DNA from: Zancudomyces culisetae HAW-14-8
Lineage: Eukaryota > Fungi > Kickxellomycota
DNA: 64,000 bases
Assembly (NCBI GenBank): GCA_052426225.1
Contig: JBNJNM010000020.1
Coordinates: 21,848-85,847, forward strand
Direction of reading: 5' to 3'
Shown here: positions 12,706 to 24,800 of the stretch, one piece after another
How positions within the stretch are numbered: the stretch's first letter is position 1
How the letters are laid out: every line of letters starts with the position of its first letter
The notes under the pieces: generated by a model
The model's input: the letters and a program-made list of their open reading frames with translations, nothing else
Databases searched by the model: none
What the model was told of the DNA's origin: nothing
Position numbers and translations under genes: made by a program

Positions 12706-15518
12706 CAAAGAAAAGGATCAGAAGAAGCTTCTACTAGCAATGAGGATCTGCAAAGCACGGACAAAAGCATAATGTAGCAGTTTACATTCTTTGAAATATA
12801 TTTTCTTTAGGATTTTTTGTAACTTTTTTATGGTGCAATTTAGCCGTTAATAAAACTATTATTTGCACTTATTCAGATCAAATCTTTGTTTATATCTGTT
12901 AATTTATTAAAGCGAAGCTAAATAATAATCCAAGTCTATATTAATGATATTAAAATATCTATCAAAGCAGATCTTACACAAAATAAAACCAACTAAATAA
13001 GTTAATACTCCTTATTTACTGTCAACTTTTTAACATTCTGAGTAAGATATGGATGAGAATATGGTGAATTATTATTGCATCTGAATATCATATTATTCAA
13101 TCACATTCTATAAACTGTGGAGAATTTTAATGTCGATACAAGTAGAATTTCATCTAATAAAAACTAAATTGATTTTTCATAAGGAGTTTAAATCTTATAA
13201 CCTGTATTGAATATTTCAAAAAAGCCATATCCCAGTAATGATATTTCTCAACTAGTCAAAGATAACCTTATACCTAAAACCCAAATATAAAGTTAAAATG
13301 TTCTGACTATATCTTTTTTTAAACAGGTATCCACTGTTGAATGGGATTCGGCATAACCCCATTTTATGTCGGGTTCTTTCATTTGTAAAAAAGCATGATC
13401 TATGATACCGGCAAATGTATCGCTACCAGATGAGTATCATACCTCATCTCTAGCTGTCTGGATAAATGCGGTTCTTAGTTTATTAATGAAGCCTGACATG
13501 TTTGCTATGAGATTTTAACAGTTTTTGTTTTTGTCTTTACACTTAATATTTATTAACTAGCCGTAGCATTATTTCAAACCTGAACTTCAGTTCATAATTA
13601 ATATTTACTTATTTTAATCTTCTTTCTCTAACAAAACTATTAAAAGAGCTAGTGAATCCTCTAATTAGTCTTCGTTTGGCTTTATATATCTTATCTTTAT
13701 TTAAAATTGCTATAAATAACTATATTTAATCGTTCTACTATATCTATTTGGTTTTCTGTACTGTTAGATTGCTTCATTCTTCCTTTCATTTCTCATAGTT
13801 CATTTTGTACTTATTTAAACTTTTTATATATTAATGAATAGAAACTATTTTAATCTGGTTTTCCATAATTTCTTATTATTATTGGCTTTTGTTATTTTTC
13901 ATGATCAAAATAGTTGTCATTTTTAGTTATCAAGTCATGATTGTTATAATAATATGAAATTTTGTTTTCATATTTTCCCACTCCTTTACTTTAATATTAA
14001 TTTGAATAATGCCTTGCGTCCCGTATTAAAATTTGGGTACTCGAGAAAATATTAAGAAGAGTGTTTTTTAAAGTTTTAATGTATAATGAAAACTAATATA
14101 CCATTGAATTTTATGACAACCGATCTAGCACATTCCGTAATCAACCCTCATCGGTATGTGTTTACGTAGTCTATTCTAGTGATTATTATTTTGTATAGTA
14201 CTGTGTTTTTAAAAGTAGGGTTTATTTTTTAGAAAAACAAAAAGATTTTTATATATATCTTCCATCCATCTGCTACTTTTAGTCATTATAAGCTTCAAAA
14301 TACTTATTAAAAAACCTGTCATTTAGTGAATTGTATAAAACTGCTGTAAGAAATATTGTTCATAAAAGGTGTCATTATAATTTCCAGTCATTGTTTTTTA
14401 TCGATCATTTGCTTTGGTTAAGTAGGTCGTTTTGAACTGACATCTAAAAACATATAATTTAACTTTCCACATTATGTTTGATGTGAGATAGTAGTTGAAA
14501 CTACCCACTGCCATCATTTTCTCATTATATTGTATTCTGTATATCCAAGAATCACAAGTTTTATTTTACTGAGTATAAAGTAGTTTATATCTAATTCAAC
14601 ACTTCAGCATCTTTAACAAACCAGTTTTTGAATATTTATTATCACCAATTCCATCAAAATTAATATACCTCTCCAACCATATCCTATTTGAACTTCAATA
14701 CTCTCTTATATCCTTCTTCTTTTATTCTCTTTAGTACCAGTGCAACAACCGCTTTGTTTAATCGAAGAAATGAATATTATTCAACTGATTATACAACTTG
14801 GCGTAAAATAAAAGTACTTAAGTGGTTCTAGTATATTTCAATAAATAATAACGGATGTTACTGTGATTGTGTGAAGTCCGTTATATACACCTGCCTACCG
14901 AATTATCTCGTGAGATCTGTGAGTAATAATTATATTCCAGGTATGACATTAACAGGCAGATTGCTTATTCTCAAGTTTGTCAACTTTTTTTGGTAATCGT
15001 TTAGTTAGATATATATTCAGTTAGGTAGTGATAAAAGTACAATAACTTTAATGCATGTACTCAACTGGAGTATTTCTTGGTTGTTGAACTAAAATGTATT
15101 TGAACTCTCTTTATATACTTTTAATTACTTTTTTTTGACTAATAGCAAATCGTCCATAAATCTACAAAGGTGAATAAATTATTGTCTTGAAAATAGTCCA
15201 GCATTCTGGTTTGATGTAAATCTAACAGTAATACCCAATAATCTGAATTATCAATGGTTATATATTGCATTTATTTGGTAATTATGTGCAATAAAATAAA
15301 CAAATGATTTTGTTGAATTTATCAAATGGAAGCGAATGACAACTTGAATAATACTCAATGATTAGGTAAATAAATCAAAAAAATGAAGAAAAAATAGTAT
15401 AAAACCAATTTGATTCTATCATTCGGAGTTTATTCTTCTTTCCTCTTTACTTTAATCCACTAGCAAACTAATTAAACTTTAAAGGAAAGAAAATAAGAAC
15501 AACTCGAATTATGAAAGA

Positions 15519-17945
15519 ATGAATAACAACAATAACGACGATGTATTCAACAAACTTCCAGCAAGTATCTTGTCGACTATATTCGCATTTGCTCAAAACC
15601 CTCAACTATCACTCTTGAACAAAGATATGTACAAAGCCTCTCAAAAAGTGGAAACTATTGTTGAGTACATACTACAATATGTCTTGTCAAATAAAAAAGA
15701 CAGTCCCGAATCGAATTTAAAAAGTATATTCGATAAATACACCAGAATTAGTACGAATGAAACCGTTGGAATGCTAGTTCTGAGTAAAATCAAGAACTTG
15801 AACTATGGAATTGCTCTAGAATTGGCAGTCAAGTACAAGTGGAGAAACATACTGAATAAACTACTCAAAATGTATGTGGTGATTGATAGGAGTACTTCAA
15901 CGGTTGTACATAAGGGTAATTTATTCACAGAAGAAGGGGAGTACCTCGACATTGAATTTAGAAGTTTATTCTCAGGAAAAAACGAATTTCGAAGAAATTT
16001 GACAGACATCAAGATATCTGAATCTCTTTATATAAGGCCACTAGTAGCGACACTGAAGGAATTATGGCTACACTTACACTACTCAGATCGAGATTTTGAT
16101 AAAGAGAATGTGAAGGCCTTGATAGACCTTTGCTGTAGCAATATTGAGCTTCCTCAAGAATTATACAGTACTGTTATGAGGGAGGCTAAATTTATTGATA
16201 GCGTATTTATGGTATTTTGCATATTGGAGTGCACAGATAAAATCTGCAAATTGGGTAACCTTGAGCAGTTAGTACGAGTTTTGTATTTGAAAACCAATGC
16301 ATCTATTTCTTTTCGGAGACTGGAACGGATTAAAAATGAATTTTACATTGTCAGATTTTGGAGACTTGTTAATTTTATTGATGAATATGGATACACAACT
16401 AAAATGGATTTTTTGGTCTATATTGCATGCTCATACTTTTCGATTTATTGGGAAAAGGAAAAGCTGATAAAATACCTTGAGGATAATTACTCCAATAGCA
16501 CCTACAAACAGATACTATTTGATGCAGCTATACACCACAAAAAGGGAAGTTTAGTAAAAAGATATATGCTCGATGTGGAGTTGAACTCGGAAAATATCAG
16601 AAAAATAACAGAATTAGCATATAGACTGGATAGTATCGAACTTATTAGACTTTTGGTAGAGAACAATGATAAACTGAAAGGGGACCTAGATGAGAATGCA
16701 CTGAGAATCACTATAAAGAAAAAAAATTATCGATTGGCACAAAAAACTATCAAAAAGCATCCAAATGCGGTGAGTATTGCTATTTTACACGATCTAGTAC
16801 GCCTGGGTAATATTAACCTGTGCAAATCGGGTATCGAAGCTGGAGTAGATTTAAAATCACCAGAGTTCAAGGGAATTGTATTTGCTAGCAGAAATAGAGA
16901 TATGAATATGCTACAGTTGCTCTTGGAAAATGGTACCTCTGTTAACTCTAGCGCACAAGAGACCATTGAAGGGTTATGTTATGATTGTAATTATGAAATA
17001 TCGGAGCGACTACTTGAGTTTTCAGATATGTGGAAAAATAGAATTGAAACCAAAACTGTAGGAAGCAAGACCAAGGCTGTAAAGAGACCCAAATTCAACA
17101 AAACAATTCTATGCCTCGTTTGGGCATCTCTGCGTTATTGCGACCCCTATGCAAGTAGATATGTGGGATTCGAGGACTTTTTCGAACAATTGAATTTATA
17201 TTTGGATATAATGGTAGAGATAAACTCAAAAAGAAAAGATATCATTGGTTTTATTTTGTCGTATTTATCGGTATATTCCGCTCTCATAATACCAGAAGAT
17301 GATATAAGAGCCCGTTTTTATAAAGTTGTTGAAATTATAGGTTATATCATTGAAAATAATCCACAAAGCGTATTCAATGATACAGAATCCGATGAATCTA
17401 ATGAGTTGGAACACAAAAATGATATTGAAATGTTGAATGATAGACACTATGAGATAGTAAAATTAGAATTGGTGAACCGAAACTTTGAATTTCTTAAACT
17501 ATTGATAGAGTGTGGAATGGATGTCAATTCAGCTGATAGTCTAATTTTGAAAACAGCATACGAAGCAGGTGATATTGATTGGATAAATTACTTTATCAGT
17601 AAAGGTGCGAAATTTAGTGGAAAATCGGATGGGTTTGAGGAGGCTTGTAAATCAGATAAGGTTGATGTGTTGAAATACTGGATAAAGAATGGTGGTGTGG
17701 TACCAAAGATTCCAAAACGTTCCTGCATTAACAGAGCATGTTTATTGAGTAACTTTGGTATGGTTAAAGCATTGGTAGAGAATGGAGTTGATTTAAGTGA
17801 CCCAGAGCGTAATGGAGTCAGAGTCGCATTTAGGTTGGGTCTCAAGAGGATTCTGAAATATCTTTTGGATAACAATGCTGCGATAAAAGGCGTTCGTCAA
17901 AATCAGTTAGAAGTGCGTGTACTAGTAGGAATTTTTGGACGATAA
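15519..17945 (+). CDS. F-box-like/ankyrin-repeat protein, copy 2 (808 aa, C-terminally truncated relative to copy 3)
   Basis: N-terminal FNKLPASILSTIFAFAQNPQLSLLNK, ankyrin repeats, collinear with 21900-25319. Confidence 0.85.
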   Translation: MNNNNNDDVFNKLPASILSTIFAFAQNPQLSLLNKDMYKASQKVETIVEYILQYVLSNKKDSPESNLKSIFDKYTRISTNETVGMLVLSKIKNLNYGIALELAVKYKWRNILNKLLKMYVVIDRSTSTVVHKGNLFTEEGEYLDIEFRSLFSGKNEFRRNLTDIKISESLYIRPLVATLKELWLHLHYSDRDFDKENVKALIDLCCSNIELPQELYSTVMREAKFIDSVFMVFCILECTDKICKLGNLEQLVRVLYLKTNASISFRRLERIKNEFYIVRFWRLVNFIDEYGYTTKMDFLVYIACSYFSIYWEKEKLIKYLEDNYSNSTYKQILFDAAIHHKKGSLVKRYMLDVELNSENIRKITELAYRLDSIELIRLLVENNDKLKGDLDENALRITIKKKNYRLAQKTIKKHPNAVSIAILHDLVRLGNINLCKSGIEAGVDLKSPEFKGIVFASRNRDMNMLQLLLENGTSVNSSAQETIEGLCYDCNYEISERLLEFSDMWKNRIETKTVGSKTKAVKRPKFNKTILCLVWASLRYCDPYASRYVGFEDFFEQLNLYLDIMVEINSKRKDIIGFILSYLSVYSALIIPEDDIRARFYKVVEIIGYIIENNPQSVFNDTESDESNELEHKNDIEMLNDRHYEIVKLELVNRNFEFLKLLIECGMDVNSADSLILKTAYEAGDIDWINYFISKGAKFSGKSDGFEEACKSDKVDVLKYWIKNGGVVPKIPKRSCINRACLLSNFGMVKALVENGVDLSDPERNGVRVAFRLGLKRILKYLLDNNAAIKGVRQNQLEVRVLVGIFGR

Positions 17946-18872
17946 AAAGTATTCTCAAGTATTATGATGGTATAGGAGTGAGCGAAAAAAGGGACGACGG
18001 TGCAAATACTAATCAAGGTGAAAGAAGAATGCTTCTTCAGTGGGTCATAAAAACTCTGTTAGTTTTGAAGAGTTCAGAGTTTTTAAAACCCTGTTTGAAA
18101 GGGGTAAACCCACCCAGAATAGCGATCTGGTGGGATGGGATAAAGGCAGTAGTTGCAGCAGCCAATATTGAAGTATTGAGATTACTATTAACTTGTAACA
18201 TCGATCTCAATGGTGATTCTTAAATACCAAGTTATGGTGTGCAAATTTAATACATAGAAATAGTGGAGATGCTTTTGGAAAATGGTCTAAATGCTAAGAA
18301 CAACTCGGATATTATAAATTTAGTACTCAGAACAAAAAGTGTTGATGATAATCAGACCATTATTGACACATGGTGCAAAAGCTGATAAATATAAAATCAA
18401 GCTTAGAGAATATTTAAATCTAGACTATATTGAAATATTACAGTTAGTTCTAGCTTGTTGCCCAGTGATTGGTGGTGTATCCTACTTACTTGCATCTGCC
18501 ATTTGGAAAAGCAAGTTAGAGGCAGATAAATTTCTTTTGAAGGATATCGTTTCCTTAAGTAATAGCTGGTATATTTTTTTCTCCTGAAATGTAGTACCAA
18601 TAACCCAAATATTGAAAGATTTTTATTTGAAAAAGGAGCAAGGATAATAATCTGGAAATGTTGAAGCTTTTGTTGAAAAAAAAAATCCGAATTTGGTGCT
18701 AAATTGGAGGTGTGAGCTTAAAGAGGCTGCCAAAAATAAGATTGTGGAGATTATCAACCTGTTGATAGAGTATGATGCTGATCCAAGTGCGCACAGGGAA
18801 TAAATAATGAAAGTTGCGAACGACCTAAATTATCTCAAATTGTTCGAGTTTATTCAGAATATGGGAAGTTGA
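17946..18872 (+). pseudogene. Decayed C-terminal ankyrin tail of copy 2
   Basis: Fragments GIKAVVAAANIEVLRLLLTCNIDLNGDS and LLTHGAKAD...CPVIGGVSYLLASAIWKSKLEA match the copy 3 C-terminus but are split by frameshifts and stops. Confidence 0.8.
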
Positions 18873-20075
18873 AATCAAGAATTAATAAAATTGGAGTATA
18901 TGAACTATTTCAACAAATATACTTGCGATTCAAAGGAGGTAGTTTAATGTGAAAAAAGGCATCTTATGCATTTTAATAGATAAATGGTGGCTTTTAAGAA
19001 CAAAAAAAACCTTTGAACATATTTTTCTGGTCTGCATAAGATGGGTAGTACCGCGGTAATTGTTCTTGGAACGAATTTCAGATGTTTTAAATACAGGAGT
19101 TGAAGTATTACAGAATTATTTTTTTTTGTAGGTAGACTCCCTGGAAATAATACTGTCAAGACTGGATAAATACCTTGAACTAACACCTGGTGGGTGTAGA
19201 TTCATATTATGTAGGATTATTTTTATTATTAGTCTATTGTGGTATTTATTTGATAAATCCATCTAGCAAAAAATATAGATTAACCTTCTAAGTACAGAAA
19301 GTATTACGTGTACCAAAATCGGACTGCTCATTGACATAATAACACTAGCCATCCTTTTCAATATCTTTAATTACTTGTGTTGATACAAGCATCGACCAAG
19401 CATGTTGTATTAATTGAATACCATACTTGTGCTGGAGTGTGTGGCACATATCATACCACCTGACTGAGATGTGCTCTTGGCAGATAAAACCAAACCATAA
19501 AAAAAACAGCTCATCTTATACAATTCCAACCATGAGAGACCTAAAGATTTCCAGTGCACTATTCAGCAGATCTATTCTTTCTTGGTTGGTTTTTATTTGC
19601 TCTAAGAAATGAATATTACATGGCTTTCGGTTTTGATGATTCTCAAGATGTATTTTCCCTTCACTTGGCATATCTATTGGTCAGGTTGTTTGTTTTGCCA
19701 ACAAATATTCACTTATAATCTACGTAAATTACTTGCAAATAATCTACAAAGATGAATATTTTACAATCTACACCAAATATTTCTTGGGGTTGAGATTTGA
19801 TTGCTTGAAAACACAAAGAAAAATACATTCCAATATTTATGATAAATGAAACAAAGATGGTAAATACAATATTCATCAGTGTTTATGGTTTCATCAGTTT
19901 TTGTTCTTTTCCATTTTTAATCAGCAGTGAATTATAGGTGGAATTGATTCATGGGTATATAGGAAATACTATATAAACAGAGCAGCTTCATCATTAAAAT
20001 ACATAATTACACTTATTCTTAACTCCTTTTAACAATCGACAAATACAAGGCTAATATATAATAATAACAATAACA

Positions 20076-21134
20076 ATGAAATTAAACAACAAATCAATTT
20101 GTAAACATATCTTTACAGCACTATCGCTTGGGGGTATTGCTGCTGTACACGGTTCCTCAGTTGATAATGTAGACACAAATACTGGCATATCACAGAACGG
20201 AGTGAATAATCGTATTAACAATGCGAGAATCCTAAATGGGGAACCAGCAAAGAGAGAAGATTTTCCATATATTGGAAGAACAGGAATCTACGCGGGAAGT
20301 GCTTACACACAATGTAGTGTTTCACTATTATCTAACAAAATAGCAGTAACTGCAGCTAGTTGCTTCTTAGACAATCAAGGCAAATTAAAGCAAGATTCTA
20401 AGCAAATATATATTTCCATTGATATTGAAACAACAAAATACACTCGCGGTACTGCATATTCAGCACGTAAAGTATATTATCATCCTGAGTTTTCTCCCGA
20501 GTCATTAAAAAGTGACATAGCAATTATGGAATTGAATTCTCCAGTATTAAAAGATATGTTCACACCAGTAGCGATCTACAGTGGAAATATAACGGATGAT
20601 ATGGATTTGGTCACAGCGGGTTGGGGTCTCACTTCGACTGGGATATCAGGTTTACCAAATAATAAACTAAATACAGCTATACAATCACCCTCTTCTTCAA
20701 GTGTTTGTAAAAATTTCAACCCCAACTGGTCTGATAACAACAAAAACCTCATCTGTACACTAGTAAAGGATGGCAAAAGTTCGGCATATGAAGATGGAGG
20801 AAACCCCTTGGCGTACATGAATAATGGAGCTAATTTACTTGTTGGTGTTGCGAGTAACATAGGTAGATCTGAGAGTGGTGCTGATATTCGTCCAGAAAGT
20901 GCTGTGACGAATTATTATACCCATGTATACAGCTACATTGACTGGATTGTAAGTGTCACAGGACTTGAAAAGTCGTACTTATTAAATACAACCGCTCGGC
21001 CCTCTCCTGACTACTCAACGATTACCAATTTATCGGGATATTATGATTATGCACCTTCTGCCTCGACTATCTTGAAAAATACCGGATTCAAATTAGTGAT
21101 GCTCTTATCATTGGTATTGGTTTTACTATTTTAG
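20076..21134 (+). CDS. Secreted, probably GPI-anchored trypsin-fold serine protease homolog (catalytically inactive)
   Basis: Signal peptide; R|ILNG activation site; TAASC (His>Ser); DIAIMEL (Asp kept); YEDGGNPL in place of GDSGGPL (Ser>Gly); YTHVYSYIDWI; S/T/P linker and hydrophobic C-terminus. Confidence 0.9.
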   Translation: MKLNNKSICKHIFTALSLGGIAAVHGSSVDNVDTNTGISQNGVNNRINNARILNGEPAKREDFPYIGRTGIYAGSAYTQCSVSLLSNKIAVTAASCFLDNQGKLKQDSKQIYISIDIETTKYTRGTAYSARKVYYHPEFSPESLKSDIAIMELNSPVLKDMFTPVAIYSGNITDDMDLVTAGWGLTSTGISGLPNNKLNTAIQSPSSSSVCKNFNPNWSDNNKNLICTLVKDGKSSAYEDGGNPLAYMNNGANLLVGVASNIGRSESGADIRPESAVTNYYTHVYSYIDWIVSVTGLEKSYLLNTTARPSPDYSTITNLSGYYDYAPSASTILKNTGFKLVMLLSLVLVLLF

Positions 21135-21899
21135 ATTTTTTATTACTTTTTTAGCCAATTTATTGATATACAATTAATTTATTCCTATGAATGAGTTTAG
21201 TTCGTGACACTATAAATTATAAGTAACATATATCTGTAATTTATGTGTTAATAAAATCCAAAAATGGTATATTTTTCACTCACTAATAAGGTGTTTTGTA
21301 TTCCACAATTGAAATGGTTTGAACATAAAAGGGTAGTGAGATGATAGTGGTAGTTGGTGATAATTAGAGCGAGCAAAATCAGATGCAGTATTTTCTAATT
21401 GAGAAAAGTTATGCAGGTGGCTGCACTTCTGATTTAAACAGCTTACACACGGCCCATACCGATCGATCCATCACTTCGTTACTTACAATAAAATGTTTTT
21501 TATCCTTTGACCAACACCTTGTATGTAAGGAGTTCGTAGAAGGACACAGACTAGTTGGTTAGATGGATATTGAACCTAATTCTTTTTTGAATGTTAATAT
21601 TTACATCTTGAAACTCTTAAACAAGCATAAATTATTGGACTTAAAATAATCCAATTTTCTGGTTTCATGTTTTAAACTGAACAACATCCAATAATATAAA
21701 GACTTGATTTTTTCAAATTACGCAGCAAATTACAACATATTTATTCGAAAAATGAAATATATAAATACAAAAAACCAGTAAAAAAGTATAAAACAACCAC
21801 ATTATGCCTTTCGAGTTTATTAATCTTTATTCTTTACTTTAATACTCTAACGCCAAACAAAGCTATAAAGGTGGCAGCAATCATCCAACCTATAACAGA

Positions 21900-24800
21900 A
21901 TGGATAACACAAACAACCAACACAATGTTTTCAACAAACTTCCAGCAAGTATTCTGTCCACCGTATTTGTGCTTGCCCAAAACCCCCAGTTATCACTCTT
22001 GAACAAAAACATGCACTATGCCTCGCAGCAGGTAGACACTGTTTGTAAGTACATACTTCAATATATTTTATCCATTACAAAACATAGTTTTAATTCGGAG
22101 TTACGAAGTATATTCGAGAAATACACCAGAATAAACATGAATGAAATCGTTGGAATACTTGTATTTAGAAAAATCAAGAGTTTGGACTATGAAACCGCTC
22201 TAGATATAGCATTCGAATACAGATGGACAAACATACTAAACAAATTGCTCAAAATGTATGTTGTAATCGATAGAAATACTTCAGCGGTTGTGCACAAGGG
22301 CACATTATTTATGAACGAGGGCGAGCACCTGGATATTGATATTAGCGGTTTATTTTCAGAAAGAAATGAATCACGAAGTGAGGAAAATGATATCGATATA
22401 TCTGAATCACTTTATGTAAGACCATTATTCAGGGTGCGAGGGAACTCAATGGATTTGGAGTATCAAATTTTAGATATTTCTGAAGAAAGAGATGTCAAAA
22501 TGTTATTAGATATCTGCAACACCAGATTTGAGTTTTTTCCTGAAATATGTGGTTCCTTTGAAAGGGATATTATTTGTGTAGGTAAAGAATTTTTATTATA
22601 CTGTTTATTCACTGCTGGAGAAGTAATAGTTGACTTGGACAACCTTGAACTATTAAAACAGCTTTTGGATGTGAAAATCAACACAAAATTCTCTTTTCAG
22701 GATTTACAATCAATTACAAACTCCTACGGTGATTCCTATGATACGGAGTTTAATAATTTTGTTATGGATTATGGAAATGCAGATAAAATGGATTTGTTAG
22801 TTTATATGATATGTACATTTCATTCTATTCACTGGAACGAGAAAGAGTTGATAAAATTCCTTAAGGATAGCTACACTGGTAGTAGATACTCACAGATATT
22901 TTTCGATGCAGCGGTTTATAATAGATATGACAGTTTGGTACAAGAATATGTTTTCAAAGTCGAACTAAACCCGGGAAATATTAGAAAACTAACGGAAATG
23001 GCATACTGTAGAGGCGTTGTCGGTATTGTTAAGTTGCTTTTAATAAATAGCGATAAGCTGAAGGGAGATCTGGATGAAAATGCTCTAAAAACAGCGATAA
23101 AAACCAAGAACTACGAATTGGTACAAGAAATCATCAGTAAATATCCAAATACAATGAGTGTTTCTTGTTTAGGGAAAGCGATAGAGATCGGGGATACTAG
23201 AATTATAAAACAACTTATCGAAGGTGGAGTGAATTTAAAATCACTAGAGTATAAGGAAGTAAGAATCACATACGGATATAGCTATTTATATAATCTACGG
23301 TTATGGGGTGGGTCTAATGATTTGGATGAATCTGAGGTTCAACATATTATTGGAAAGCTATGCAGTATTAAAAATTATGACATAGCGAAACGGCTATTAG
23401 AGATCTCAAATTTAAGCGACGAAAAAACTAAATCCAAAACTTCAGAAAGCCTGGCCAAGACTGGGACAAGGCTGAGGTTTAGTAAAACAATTCTATGTCT
23501 TATTAAAGCCTGTCAGGATTTCAGATGCCAGTTTGTTCACAATGGTGTCGATTTTGATATTTCTTTTAAATACCTGGATTTATTCGAAAACGTAATAGCA
23601 ATTGTGAATTCAAGGAGGAAAAAAACGTTCGAGATTATTTACTCATATTTCCAAAAACTTTTTTCTTATAATCATATGGTTGAAGAAAGAAAATCTTGTT
23701 ATGAAGAATTACTCGAAATCATTAGATATATTATTGAGAATAATCTGCAAAATCCATTCGAATATACTGAACATGACGAAATTAACGAATTTGGATACAA
23801 AGTCAACATAGAGGTCTTGAATGATAGGCATTACGAGCTAGCAAAATCAGAGCTGGTGAATCGAAACTTTGAAATCTTAAAACTATTGATAGAGTATGGA
23901 GTTGATATTAATACGAAGAATAGTTTGATCTTAAGGACAGCGTGCAAAGCAGGTGATATTAGTTGGATTGATTATTTTATCGGTAAAGGTGCAAAACTAA
24001 ACGGAGAATCAGATGGGTTTGAGGAGGCGTGTAAATCGGATAAAGTTGAAGTGTTGGAACATTGGATCAAGAATGGTGGTGTGGTGCCCAATAACCCAAA
24101 ATATGAGTGTATTAACGTTGCGTGTATACTGGGTAACTTTGATATGATTAAATGGTTGGTAGAAAATGGAGTTGATTTGAGTAACCCAGAACTGAATGGG
24201 GTCAGGGTTGCATGTAGATTGGGTCTCAAGAGAACACTGAAATATCTCTTGGATAATAATGCTGAGGCGGGGAATATTTGTAGATACCAATTAGATTATG
24301 CTCGTTTAACTGAGGATATTGAGATGATAAAAATGATTCTAGAGTATTATGTTGGTTTGGGGGTGTTAGAGAAAAAAGACAACACAAATACAAAGGAAGG
24401 AGAATTACAACATTATTCACCTTTGAGCCATAATAATAGTGGTTGTTTTGATGAATACAAGATTACTAAAATCTTACTTGAAAAGGGTATGTCCATGGAT
24501 AATAGCGATTTGTTATATGGGATAAAGGCAGCAATTACTGTATCTAATATTGAATTATTGAATCTACTGTTAACGTATAAGATCAATCCCAATCATCATT
24601 CTAAAATAATGGAATTCGCCGTACAATTAGAAAACGTTGAGGCAGTAAAACTACTTTTGGAGAGTGGAATCAGTGTAGAGGGTAACACTAGTATTCTAGA
24701 TATAGCACTTGAATCAAAAAATGCAGAGATGTTCAGACTATTATTGGAAAATGGTGCAAAAGTGGAAAGTAAATCACATAAATTGTATTATTATTTTGAT

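Noticed and set aside
13290-13510. Minus-strand relic with IIDH / KKDIVRTF motifs (LINE endonuclease or TBC-like)
   Set aside because: Short, stop-interrupted, and no supporting neighbouring motifs.
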